Assembly (NCBI GenBank): GCA_027314885.1
Contig: DAHUZY010000001.1
Coordinates: 1 to 52,774, forward strand
From: Candidatus Saccharimonadota bacterium
Lineage (GTDB): Bacteria; Patescibacteriota; Saccharimonadia; Saccharimonadales; UBA4665
Direction: 5' to 3'
Length of the DNA: 52,774 nucleotides
Below are positions 24,918 through 33,906 of this stretch, in pieces. The notes below the pieces were generated by a model. The model had not been told where the DNA came from. It made no database searches and worked only from the letters and a program-made list of their open reading frames with translations. The position numbers and the translations under genes are program-made. How positions within the stretch are numbered: the stretch's first letter is position 1; every line of letters starts with the position of its first letter.

Positions 24918-26153
24918 ATGGCAAAGTTGTTGCTAGTAGAAGACGACAATAACTTGCGGGAAATTTATGAAGCCCGCCTGCAAGCAGAAGGGTACACGAT
25001 CGCCACCGCCAAAGACGGAGAGGAAGCTCTGGTCGTTGCCAAGGCTGAACATCCTGACCTTATTATTTCAGACATCATGATGCCTAAGATAAGTGGTTTT
25101 GAAATGCTGGATATTCTTCGTAATACTGAGAGTCTTAAGAGTGTACCGGTCATTATGCTGACCGCTCTCGGTCAAAATGATGACCAGCAGCGAGCAGACA
25201 AACTCGGCGCCGACCGTTATTTAGTGAAGTCACAAGTGACGCTGGAAGACATTGTCAAAGTAGCCCACGAGCTTTTGCACGACACGGCGCCCGACACTGC
25301 GACATCTTCACAGAGTGCACCTACACAACAACCGTCCGCTACCGCACCAGATAGCAGCTTGCCCACGGCCCCCGTTGCTGTAAACGAACCAGTAGCGCCT
25401 GCGCCGGCCCCAAGCACTGAAGAGTCAACTACCACCTCTATACCTGTCGTGACGACCGAGCCAGTAACTCCAATAACAGTCTCAAATGCACCCCAGACCG
25501 ATACTGAAGATGAGAGTGCTCAAGTGGGTGTTAATACAGGTACCGAAGTAGGTGAAAGTACCAATATAGAAGATTTTGTTGCTGGTGCTTCACAAGAGGC
25601 GGGACCACCGCCGCTTAATTCTATTGCCACCCCGGATGACGCGGTCATAGATCCCCCTCTAGCTGACCCTCAGACAGCAAGTAGCCCTACAACTTCGCCA
25701 GCTGCAACAGAAAGCACGACCCCAGCGACAGCTGTTCAATCTACTACCCCTGAAACGCCTGAGCCCACCACCGAGACACCCGCTGCAAACGTCGCACCAC
25801 CCCAGGAAGTATATGCTGAAACAAATCCTCCTCTTGAAGAAACAGACGATTTGGGTGACGAATCGGGCACATCCCCAGTTGTGCACGACAAAGTTATTAC
25901 GCCGCTCAAAACAGATGCCAAAAAGGATATTAACAGCTTACTTAACCTCGAAACCGCCAAGGAAAAGGCCCTTGAGTCTACTACCGAAAACGTAGCAAGT
26001 GCCGGTGCCGGCACTCCTCAAGTCCAAGTACCTGAGCCTGCTTCAACCGGTAATGACAGCACGCAGCAACAGACGCAACCAATCGCTAGCCCAAACCAAG
26101 CCACTCCTGACGCCCCTCAACCACGACCCGACCTCAACAACATCTCCTTGTAA
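24918..26153 (+). CDS. Response regulator receiver domain fused to a ~290-aa low-complexity P/T/S/A/E-rich tail
   Basis: MAKLLLVEDDNNLREIYEARL...DLIISDIMMPKISGFEML...VIMLTALG...YLVKSQVTLEDI is a canonical receiver. The remainder is compositionally biased with no recognisable output domain. AAGGAG lies before the ATG. Confidence 0.85.
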   Translation: MAKLLLVEDDNNLREIYEARLQAEGYTIATAKDGEEALVVAKAEHPDLIISDIMMPKISGFEMLDILRNTESLKSVPVIMLTALGQNDDQQRADKLGADRYLVKSQVTLEDIVKVAHELLHDTAPDTATSSQSAPTQQPSATAPDSSLPTAPVAVNEPVAPAPAPSTEESTTTSIPVVTTEPVTPITVSNAPQTDTEDESAQVGVNTGTEVGESTNIEDFVAGASQEAGPPPLNSIATPDDAVIDPPLADPQTASSPTTSPAATESTTPATAVQSTTPETPEPTTETPAANVAPPQEVYAETNPPLEETDDLGDESGTSPVVHDKVITPLKTDAKKDINSLLNLETAKEKALESTTENVASAGAGTPQVQVPEPASTGNDSTQQQTQPIASPNQATPDAPQPRPDLNNISL

Positions 26154-26171
26154 TGCCCTTAAGCCACGAGT

Positions 26172-26831
26172 ATGCGTTTAAATGCCTTCATTGCAACTGC
26201 AACCGGCATAAGTCGCCGAGCGGCCGATAAGACCATTGCCGGGGGACGAGTATCTGTTAACCAAACTAATGCTCACCTGGGCCAACAGGTTAGTGAAGAT
26301 GACATTGTCACTCTTGATAGCACACGAATTACCTTGCCCGTCACGACAACTACAATCATGCTCAATAAACCCGTAAGTTATGTGTGTTCAAGAAAGGGCC
26401 AGGGGAGTCCGACCATCTACCAGCTATTACCGCCGGCGCTACGACCTTTGAAGCCAATCGGACGTCTGGATAAGGATTCCTCTGGTTTGTTGCTTTTAAC
26501 AAATGATGGGCAGCAAGCAAACCTTCTGATGCACCCACGATTCCATAAGACAAAGAGCTACTATATCACGCTGCACAGTTCACTCACTACGCTAGATGAG
26601 GAACATATAACAAAAAGTGGCATTAAGCTTGCTGATGGCCTGAGTCGTTTGCAATTAACACCCCTCGGTAACGATCGCACAAAGTGGCAAGTCAACATGC
26701 AGGAAGGCCGTAACCGGCAAATCCGGCGCACCTTTGCCGCTTTGGGGTATAACATTAACCAGCTGCACCGTGTTCGCTTTGGCTCATATAAACTCGGTAA
26801 TCTAAAAACAGGGAACTATACGGTCGTCTAG
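26172..26831 (+). CDS. Pseudouridine synthase, RsuA/RluB/RluE family (S4 domain plus catalytic domain)
   Basis: MRLNAFIATATGISRRAADKTIAGGRVSVN is the S4 domain, and GRLDKDSSGLLLLTNDG carries the catalytic Asp motif. Confidence 0.85.
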   Translation: MRLNAFIATATGISRRAADKTIAGGRVSVNQTNAHLGQQVSEDDIVTLDSTRITLPVTTTTIMLNKPVSYVCSRKGQGSPTIYQLLPPALRPLKPIGRLDKDSSGLLLLTNDGQQANLLMHPRFHKTKSYYITLHSSLTTLDEEHITKSGIKLADGLSRLQLTPLGNDRTKWQVNMQEGRNRQIRRTFAALGYNINQLHRVRFGSYKLGNLKTGNYTVV

Positions 26832-26870
26832 ACAATTCTCTAATCTGTTAGGTCTTGCTATAATACAGCG

Positions 26871-28229
26871 GTGAACCAAAAGGTACCTATTGTAGCAATT
26901 GTCGGCCGAGCAAATGTCGGTAAGTCGAGTCTATTCAATGCGCTATTAGAGCGGCGTGAAGCGATTGTCGCGAGGGAAGAGGGCACGACACGTGACAGCA
27001 TCATGGCTAAAGCAGAGTATCATCATCGCCAATTTTGGCTGGTTGACACTGCCGGCATGAAAGACCCCGAGGATGAATTTGAGTTAACCATCCAGGAGCA
27101 AATACTTCAAGCAGTTGAAAGTGCCGACATTATACTCGTGGTAGCCGAAGCAGACGTACCTATCGCTGAAGAAGACAGGACGGTTTCTAAGCTGGCTCTA
27201 AAGAGCAAAAAACCGGTTGTATTAATCGTTAACAAGCTAGATAAGGTCAAGTACGGAGTTCCGCAAGACTTTGAACGGCTCGGTATTAAGCCGATACTCG
27301 GTACAAGCGTACCACAGCATAAAGGCATAGAGGACCTGCGAGAAGCTATCGGAGCCTTACTGCCAAAAGACGCTCCACGACGCACCCCAGACACTACACA
27401 CCTCTCCATGGCCATTGTCGGGCGACCGAACGTCGGTAAGTCCAGGCTGTTTAACTCACTTGCCAAAAAGCAGCAGGCAATCGTCGCAGATCAAGCAGGT
27501 ACGACACGAGATGTTAATAGGATTGGGTTGCGTTATAAGGGTAAGGATATAGAGCTACTTGACACTGCAGGTATTCGTCGCTCAGGCAAAATCCAGCCTG
27601 GTGTTGAACGCTTTAGCGTCCTCAGAGCCCTCAGCGCCATCGAGCAAGCCGATATTTGTATCCTCGTCATGGATGTTAATGAATTGACAGTGCAGCTGGA
27701 TCAAAAGATTGCCGGCTTAGTCAAAGAAGCAGGCAAAGGCCTTATACTCGCAATCAGTAAGTGGGATACCGTAAACGACAAGGACTCACAAACCAGCGAT
27801 AAGATCGCTGACGAACTGTCCGCCAGCTTTGATTTTGTTCCTTGGGCACCGCTTATTTTTACCAGCGCCGTAAGTGGACAAAATGTCACAAGATTGCTAG
27901 AGCTCGCACTCGCTATCTATGCACGGCGCCAGCAACGACCGACTACCGCTGCCCTTAACCGATGGCTACAACAGGCAATATTAGAACACCCTCCCGCTGG
28001 ACTAAAAAATCGAGCCCCAAAGCTTAACTACATGGTGCAGGAAATAGATAACCCCATTCCTGCATTCAAAATATTTGGTAGCCAAACTCGATACATCCAC
28101 TGGAGCTACCGGCGTTATCTGGAGCACTCACTTCGTGACATTTATGACTATAGTGGCACGCCCATTCAATTGTGGTTTATTGAAAAGCACGTTTCGCATC
28201 GTCACGGCGAAAGTCCAACGAGAAAGTAA
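26871..28229 (+). CDS. der: Ribosome-associated GTPase Der (EngA)
   Basis: There are two tandem G domains (GRANVGKSSLFN/DTAG/NKLD and GRPNVGKSRLFN/DTAG/SKWD) plus a KH-like C-terminus. GTG start. Confidence 0.93.
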   Translation: MNQKVPIVAIVGRANVGKSSLFNALLERREAIVAREEGTTRDSIMAKAEYHHRQFWLVDTAGMKDPEDEFELTIQEQILQAVESADIILVVAEADVPIAEEDRTVSKLALKSKKPVVLIVNKLDKVKYGVPQDFERLGIKPILGTSVPQHKGIEDLREAIGALLPKDAPRRTPDTTHLSMAIVGRPNVGKSRLFNSLAKKQQAIVADQAGTTRDVNRIGLRYKGKDIELLDTAGIRRSGKIQPGVERFSVLRALSAIEQADICILVMDVNELTVQLDQKIAGLVKEAGKGLILAISKWDTVNDKDSQTSDKIADELSASFDFVPWAPLIFTSAVSGQNVTRLLELALAIYARRQQRPTTAALNRWLQQAILEHPPAGLKNRAPKLNYMVQEIDNPIPAFKIFGSQTRYIHWSYRRYLEHSLRDIYDYSGTPIQLWFIEKHVSHRHGESPTRK

Positions 28230-28275
28230 AGGGCCACTTGCGTATCAGTGTATGATCGGAGATACTTGAAGACAG

Positions 28276-28920
28276 ATGGCATGGCTACAAAAACGCCCTC
28301 AGGTGAGCGACCCGACTATGTATTACAGCGTCGGACTTAATAAGACAATCCTCATTGTGGGACTAGGCAATCCTGGCAAACAGTATGATCAAACTCGTCA
28401 CAACGTTGGTTTTCTTTGTGTTGACACCTTCGTTAGTCAGAGCGAGGAGCTGAGCGGCTGGGTGGAAAAGAAAAACTTTAAAGTCTTGCTTTCTAGCGGC
28501 CGCCTAGCAGACAAGCAAGTCATCTTTATTAAGCCGACCACATTTATGAATAATAGCGGTGAAGCTGTCCAGGCCGTGGCAAACTTCTATAACCTCACCT
28601 CAACAGATATTGTAGTGGTTCATGATGAACTGGATATCGATTTTGGGCAAATCCGTATCCGTCGCGGCGGCAGCAGCGCTGGACATAACGGTGTCCGCTC
28701 AATCAGTCAGCTTATCGGTGAAGAATACGGTCGTATCCGCATCGGTATCGGACCCCAGAAGCCACAGGGTATTAAGAGCGAGGATTTTGTGCTACAACGT
28801 TTTAGCAGCAAGGAACAAGCAGAATTACCTAGTCTTACCAAAGAGGTCATGGCAATACTGAGTGAATATATATATGGGGCAGGCGATTTACTGTCAGAAA
28901 CACGCAGCTTCATACTCTGA
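28276..28920 (+). CDS. pth: Peptidyl-tRNA hydrolase
   Basis: ILIVGLGNPGKQYDQTRHNVGF and GGSSAGHNGVRS are the family motifs. The start could instead be the Met at 28318. Confidence 0.92.
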   Translation: MAWLQKRPQVSDPTMYYSVGLNKTILIVGLGNPGKQYDQTRHNVGFLCVDTFVSQSEELSGWVEKKNFKVLLSSGRLADKQVIFIKPTTFMNNSGEAVQAVANFYNLTSTDIVVVHDELDIDFGQIRIRRGGSSAGHNGVRSISQLIGEEYGRIRIGIGPQKPQGIKSEDFVLQRFSSKEQAELPSLTKEVMAILSEYIYGAGDLLSETRSFIL

Positions 28921-28925
28921 GAACT

Positions 28926-29336
28926 AAAAAAGGTCGACGAGAGGGGGTGGGCACCGCTCGTCGACCTATCATAGTGGGGAACAGCCCAAGAAGGACATTC
29001 CCCAAACCCTTCAACCCACCCCGGTGAAACATCGATGTCTATATATAAATAGTGACTCGTGCCAGCCGCACAGCGACTACCATTTAGGCTCACATTGGTC
29101 GGGGACCTTTTCAGTGAGGCAAGCCCACCGAATTGGAAACCTAGTTAAAGGGGTTAGTATGTTTTAGAGCGTGTTCGGCAGGCTAATTTGCCCACTAAAC
29201 ATCCATAAGAGAAAGTGGAGGGTACTACTTTTTCATGGCGCGCTCTAAAACAATCTAACGATCTCCTTATTACCGAAGTAATAAGGGGTTAGAATGGGGG
29301 TAAAAGGTGCTGAATTTCCCTATAGGGAAATCATAA
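28926..29336 (-). ncRNA. Candidate ~410-nt structured non-coding RNA, family unknown
   Basis: It is bounded by a near-consensus promoter and an intrinsic terminator on the minus strand. No ORF longer than 3 codons follows its only SD-like site. Helices: tttccc-tata-gggaaa (29315-29330); a 9-bp stem capped by a UUCG tetraloop (29265-29286); and an 11-bp closing helix gttttagagcg/cgctctaaaac (29161-29171 with 29241-29251) around two inner hairpins. A ggggaa/ttcccc hairpin (28975-29004) is also present. Confidence 0.5.
28931..28967 (-). terminator. Intrinsic terminator read on the minus strand
   Basis: An 11-bp perfect stem (aggtcgacgag 28931-28941 with ctcgtcgacct 28957-28967) has a 15-nt loop. 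On the minus strand it is followed directly by the T-run (plus-strand A-run 28926-30). No T-run follows it on the plus strand. Confidence 0.7.
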
Positions 29337-29342
29337 GTTGCT

Positions 29343-29371
29343 ATTTTAGCAAATGCATTACATTATGTCAA
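29343..29371 (-). promoter_or_regulatory. Near-consensus sigma70-type promoter on the minus strand
   Basis: Reverse strand reads TTGACA (29371-29366), a 17-nt spacer, then TAAAAT (29348-29343). Confidence 0.6.
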
Positions 29372-29442
29372 TACTTTAAAATATTTCTGTTATATATCAA
29401 GAAGCTCATGCTTATTTGTTCTCTGATATACTTTATAAAAGT

Positions 29443-29607
29443 ATGAAGCGTGCAATTACAGCAGGAATCATAATCGGCGGCACTATAGGAGGATCGCTCG
29501 GCGGCGGGATTTTCAGTCTAAGCTTCTGGAGTCTACTGTGGAGTGCAGTCGGATCTATAGTTGGTGTTTTTGCAGCCTACTACTTGGTTAACTATCTCAC
29601 TCCTTGA
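29443..29607 (+). CDS. Small glycine-zipper membrane protein (54 aa)
   Basis: Internal ATG of track ORF 29416..29607. Product is MKRAITAGIIIGGTIGGSLGGGIFSLSFWSLLWSAVGSIVGVFAAYYLVNYLTP. Confidence 0.45.
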   Translation: MKRAITAGIIIGGTIGGSLGGGIFSLSFWSLLWSAVGSIVGVFAAYYLVNYLTP

Positions 29608-29742
29608 GTTCTACAAAGATGAGCCGGGACATACTTGCATAAAAAATAGACGACAAGAACAGAGTATGGTACATATTTTTACAGCTTTGTCTTATATATA
29701 TATTGCATTCTCGTTCATATTGCGCTTAGATGGAGCATTAGT

Positions 29743-32031
29743 ATGACAAAAAACTTAGTTATTGTTGAGAGCCCCGCTAAAGCGAAGACTATCGAAAAAT
29801 TTCTTTCGAAAGACTACAGTGTTAAAAGCAGCTTTGGCCACATCCGTGATCTCCCCAAGAAGGGATTAAATATAGATGTAGAGCATGACTTTGAGCCCAA
29901 ATACGAGATCAGTGCTGACAAGAAAAAGGTAGTAAGTGAGCTCAAAAAGGCAGCACGTGGTAGTGAAGTATGGCTGGCTAGTGATGAGGACCGGGAAGGT
30001 GAGGCAATCGCCTGGCATCTGACGCAGGCGCTTAACCTTGATCCAGCCAAGACGAAGCGCATCGTCTTTCATGAGATAACCAAACCCGCAATCACAGCTG
30101 CAATCGCCCATCCTCGGGCTGTAGATATAAAACTCGTTCAAGCCCAACAAGCCCGTCGAGTCCTTGACCGTCTGGTTGGTTACGAACTTTCACCGATTCT
30201 CTGGAAGAAGGTACGAACGGGGTTGAGCGCAGGTAGAGTGCAGTCTGTCGCCGTACGCCTCATTGTAGAACGTGAGCGAGAGATTAAAGATTTCTCCCCC
30301 CAAAGTAGCTTTAAGATCACGGCCCAGTTTCATGCGCAGGATGAGAAAGCCATACCCGCAGAACTCCGCGATAAACTCCCAGATGCCATTCAAACCAAAG
30401 CATGGCTCAAGCAGTGCGCGACAGCCAGCTTCAAGGTACAGGCGATTACCAAAAGACCTGCCAAACGCAGCCCTAGTCCGCCATTTACGACAAGTACGCT
30501 GCAACAAGAGGCAAGTCGCCGGCTCGGTTATAGTGTTCGGCAAACTATGACGCTGGCGCAGCGACTCTATGAATCTGGGCATATTACTTACATGCGCACT
30601 GACAGCACAATTCTCTCTCGCCTGGCACTGCAAGCAGCGAGTGAACATATTACGAAGACATACGGCGCGAATTATGTGAGCACCCGCCAATATAAGACGA
30701 AAAATGCATCAGCCCAGGAGGCTCATGAAGCCATACGACCAACTAACCTTGCCAAAGCAGCTATTACCGGAGAGTCGCAGCAGCAAAAACTCTATCAATT
30801 AATCTGGCAGCGAGCAATTGCCAGTCAAATGGCTCATGCTCAAATAGAAAAAACGGAGGTTGCTATCGCAATAAGCAACCAACCAGAAGTGTTTGTTGCC
30901 AAAGGTGAAGTACTGCGTTTTGACGGCTACCTACGAGTCTATGGCACAAGCAAAGAGGACGTCGTGCTGCCGCCCCTCTCCGAAGGTCAAGCGCTGCAAG
31001 CAGAAACTATAACCGCTATTGAGACATTCAGTAAACCTCCCGCTCGCTACTCAGAGGCTTCATTAGTCCGCAAGTTAGAGGATCTTGGCATTGGCCGGCC
31101 GAGTACCTACGCACCGACAATTTCCACCATCCAAAGTCGGGGATATATCGAGAAGGTAGACGTTGAGGGAAGAGAACAGTCAGTCCGAGAACTGAGCCTA
31201 CAAAATGGCATCGTGACTGAGCGGTCTACCAACGTTACTACTGGCGCAGACCGCAATAAACTCATTCCCACTGCAATTGCAGATGTAGTGACTGATTTTC
31301 TCGTTAAGTACTTCCCGAGCATCGTCGATTATGACTTTACGGCTCGGGTGGAAGACGATTTTGATAATATCGCCCACGGAGAAGAGACCTGGCAGAAGAT
31401 GATTGCAGATTTTTATAAAGATTTTCATCCACTCATTGAGAAATCGGAAGACATATCTCGGCAAGAAGTCTCCCAGGCGCGTTTACTCGGAAACGATCCT
31501 CAAACAGGTGAACCTATTTATGCCCGTTACGGCCGTTATGGTCCGATGCTACAGCGGGGAGAAACTGAAGACGAGACCAAGAAGCCAGGCTTTGCGCCAC
31601 TACCAGCGAACTCCACGCTTGATACTGTCAGCTTAGATCAAGCCCTGGTGATGTTTACGCTGCCACGAGTTGTCGGAACCACCAAGGAGGGCGAGGAAAT
31701 TAGAGCAAACATTGGTCGATTTGGGCCATACATACAAGTCGGCAAGACATTTGTATCCATTAAAAAACTCGACCCCCACGTGATTACAGAAGCTCAAGCT
31801 CGAGAATTGTATGCAGAGAAACAAGCAAAAGAGGCAGCGAAGCATATTAATGAGTTCAAAGAGAGCGGCATCAAGGTATTAAATGGCCCTTATGGTCCGT
31901 ACGTCACGGACGGGAAAAAGAATGCCCGCATAAATAAAGAGCAGGACCCCAAGGCTCTTACTGAAGATCAGGCAAAAACCCTACTGAAGAATGCCAAGCG
32001 ATCGCCTAAACGGCGTAAACGCTCAGCGTAA
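29743..32031 (+). CDS. topA: DNA topoisomerase I
   Basis: LVIVESPAKAKTIEKFL is the Toprim domain, DEDREGEAIAWH the acidic cluster, and ITYMRTDST the active-site Tyr region. The C-terminal tail is lysine-rich. Confidence 0.95.
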   Translation: MTKNLVIVESPAKAKTIEKFLSKDYSVKSSFGHIRDLPKKGLNIDVEHDFEPKYEISADKKKVVSELKKAARGSEVWLASDEDREGEAIAWHLTQALNLDPAKTKRIVFHEITKPAITAAIAHPRAVDIKLVQAQQARRVLDRLVGYELSPILWKKVRTGLSAGRVQSVAVRLIVEREREIKDFSPQSSFKITAQFHAQDEKAIPAELRDKLPDAIQTKAWLKQCATASFKVQAITKRPAKRSPSPPFTTSTLQQEASRRLGYSVRQTMTLAQRLYESGHITYMRTDSTILSRLALQAASEHITKTYGANYVSTRQYKTKNASAQEAHEAIRPTNLAKAAITGESQQQKLYQLIWQRAIASQMAHAQIEKTEVAIAISNQPEVFVAKGEVLRFDGYLRVYGTSKEDVVLPPLSEGQALQAETITAIETFSKPPARYSEASLVRKLEDLGIGRPSTYAPTISTIQSRGYIEKVDVEGREQSVRELSLQNGIVTERSTNVTTGADRNKLIPTAIADVVTDFLVKYFPSIVDYDFTARVEDDFDNIAHGEETWQKMIADFYKDFHPLIEKSEDISRQEVSQARLLGNDPQTGEPIYARYGRYGPMLQRGETEDETKKPGFAPLPANSTLDTVSLDQALVMFTLPRVVGTTKEGEEIRANIGRFGPYIQVGKTFVSIKKLDPHVITEAQARELYAEKQAKEAAKHINEFKESGIKVLNGPYGPYVTDGKKNARINKEQDPKALTEDQAKTLLKNAKRSPKRRKRSA

Positions 32032-32145
32032 TATCAGAAGAATTTGCTGTACTGTAAAAGTTGTGGATAAGTAGTATTTCTACACCATCAACTATGCATT
32101 GATGTCAGTTATGTGCTAGAATAGTTCTAGATCAGATAGTTTGTG

Positions 32146-32174
32146 TTGACTTTTAAAAATTATAGTTTTATAAT
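32146..32174 (+). promoter_or_regulatory. Consensus-like sigma70 promoter upstream of the sigma-region-4/HARE-HTH gene
   Basis: TTGACT (32146-32151), a 17-nt spacer, then TATAAT (32169-32174). Confidence 0.55.
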
Positions 32175-32212
32175 AGACTTAAATAATTATAATCAGGGAA
32201 GATTAAACCGCA

Positions 32213-33256
32213 CTGCCTCAAAATACTGCCCCATCTACCGAAGTAAGTACTCCAGAGCTCGTCAAGAGTGTTCTTGCTAGTATAGAGAAAGAACGTGAGC
32301 GAGAAATTATCTCTCGTCGTTTTGGCCTCTTTGATCGAAAAGAAACACTCGAGCAAATCGGGGAAATGCTCGGCATTACACGGGAACGGGTCCGCCAGCT
32401 GGAAAAGTCTGTCATGCATACATTGAAAGCAGCGGTAGAGCGGGGGACTATTGGTGATGTGACTGAATTTGAGAGCCGCGTCATTACATTGCTTGAGGCC
32501 AACGGCCAAGTTGCTCGTGTCACCGAACTGACAAAACAGCTCAGCCCTACCGCGGACCGCGAAGAGCAGGCGAGAGTAGCGTTCTTATGTCAGCTGTGCC
32601 CCAACCTGGTAGTTATCAGCGAAAACGACAACTTCTATAACAGTGTTGGTATACGCAAAGTTCACGATGAGAATACTATCAAGAAACTTGTAGCTCAGCT
32701 AATTGAGACTATCAAGCAGCTTGGTGAACCGAAAGATATCGCCGTCATTGCTAAGACTGCCAAGATTGAAGACCCTGCTCAAGCAGCCGCGCTGACCAGT
32801 ACTTCCAAACAGCTTGCCACATTAAACGGACGTTGGGGACTTATTAAGTGGCCCATGGTTAACCCGAAGAACATCCGCGACAAGATATATGTAATCCTGA
32901 AAGAAAACGGCAAGCACATGCATTTTAATGAAATCTCCAAAGCGATTAAGCAAAGTGACTTCAGGCGAAAAGATGTCACTACCCAAGCAGTTCATAACGA
33001 ACTCATCAAAGACAAGCGCTTTGTACTAGTGGGTCGAGGCATCTATGCACTAAAAGAATGGGGCTATAGCAAGGGCACAGTAGCCGACATCATTGCCGAA
33101 GTACTAAAACAAGCTGGCGAACCACTTCATCGAGACGAAATTGTAAAGCGGGTACTTAAGAGTCGCTTCGTAAAAGAGACGACTATTCTACTTAACTTAC
33201 AGGGTAAGCCTCAGTTCAAACGGGTAGCCAAAGCTACATACGCACTCGCTGAGTAA
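32213..33256 (+). CDS. Sigma-70 region 4-like HTH protein with C-terminal HARE-HTH domain(s); probable non-canonical (CTG) start
   Basis: Track ORF 32366..33256 begins in the middle of the region-4 motif (EQIGE-M-LGITRERVRQLEK). The frame is open back to 32207 and encodes ...PELVKSVLASIEKEREREIISRRFGLFDRKETLEQIGE. The only start-like codon there is CTG 32213, 12 nt after AGGGAAG. The C-terminus HFNEISKAI...GRGIYALKEWGY matches the HARE-HTH pattern. Confidence 0.65.
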   Translation: MPQNTAPSTEVSTPELVKSVLASIEKEREREIISRRFGLFDRKETLEQIGEMLGITRERVRQLEKSVMHTLKAAVERGTIGDVTEFESRVITLLEANGQVARVTELTKQLSPTADREEQARVAFLCQLCPNLVVISENDNFYNSVGIRKVHDENTIKKLVAQLIETIKQLGEPKDIAVIAKTAKIEDPAQAAALTSTSKQLATLNGRWGLIKWPMVNPKNIRDKIYVILKENGKHMHFNEISKAIKQSDFRRKDVTTQAVHNELIKDKRFVLVGRGIYALKEWGYSKGTVADIIAEVLKQAGEPLHRDEIVKRVLKSRFVKETTILLNLQGKPQFKRVAKATYALAE

Positions 33257-33279
33257 CGGCTCAGCACTTCTATCTCACG

Positions 33280-33906
33280 ATGGCAGAGGCACACTTTAAT
33301 GAATCAACAAGCCCTCTATTTGAAGAGGCGACTCCGCACGCAGTGATTAAGAAATTGGTCAATTGGCTGATGAGCGGCAGCAACATTGGACATATTGTCA
33401 CCGCAGAATATGAGGAAGCCGACAGCCAACAACACGTGACGGCCTCCTCATTGGCATTATTTCCTCAGACCCTACCTTCTGACCAACGCCAACACCTAGA
33501 GGGGGTCAATCGGCGTTACCACTATGTGTATCTCGGTTATGGTAACGAATTAGCTCAAAGAAGACTCGGCATGATAGTCTCAAATACAGCCGTTATACGT
33601 TCTGATACACATGATATCCGCACCTTAGATGAAACACGCACCATAAGGCATTACTCAGCCTCTTGCGCAAAGTGGAGCAGCATGGTGATGCGACAAGAGT
33701 TTTCAAGCTATGCAAACTTAGAAGAAGACCCCCCGGCTGAAACTATAAAACCACAGCTACCAGCAAGTCTTGCTGATTTATCGCATCTTACAGATATAAC
33801 ATATACTTTTTATAAAGACGTTCAGACCATAGCTGAAAGCACTCCAGTAACAGCTCGATTCATGCCCACATTGCCAATCATGAAAATGATTGCTCGGCTA
33901 CATTAA
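33280..33906 (+). CDS. Hypothetical protein (208 aa)
   Basis: Clean ORF with ordinary amino-acid composition. No family recognised. Confidence 0.5.
   Translation: MAEAHFNESTSPLFEEATPHAVIKKLVNWLMSGSNIGHIVTAEYEEADSQQHVTASSLALFPQTLPSDQRQHLEGVNRRYHYVYLGYGNELAQRRLGMIVSNTAVIRSDTHDIRTLDETRTIRHYSASCAKWSSMVMRQEFSSYANLEEDPPAETIKPQLPASLADLSHLTDITYTFYKDVQTIAESTPVTARFMPTLPIMKMIARLH

Noticed and set aside
25217-26014. Antisense and off-frame ORFs (25217..25435, 25659..25886, 25736..26014, 25813..25995) within the response-regulator tail
   Set aside because: They lie inside a low-complexity coding region where all frames stay open. The sense frame is continuous with a canonical receiver domain.
28707-29093. 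128-aa minus-strand ORF overlapping the 3' end of pth
   Set aside because: It is antisense to a well-supported pth gene for half its length, its sequence is low-information, and it spans the terminator hairpin.
29161-29251. GTTTTAGAGC, which resembles the start of type II-A CRISPR repeats
   Set aside because: It occurs once and pairs with its own reverse complement 70 nt away, forming an 11-bp helix. There is no repeat-spacer periodicity and no cas genes in the window, so this is not a CRISPR array or a tracrRNA.
28926-29336. Whether the structured RNA candidate is RNase P RNA, tmRNA, SRP RNA or 6S RNA
   Set aside because: There is no GGAAAGUCC or ACAGAAnCCGGCUUA (RNase P P4). There is no tRNA-like GGUUCGAnUCC...CCA 3' end (tmRNA) and no GGAA-capped domain IV motif (SRP). 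The multi-hairpin layout is unlike the single long 6S helix. The family is therefore left unassigned rather than guessed.
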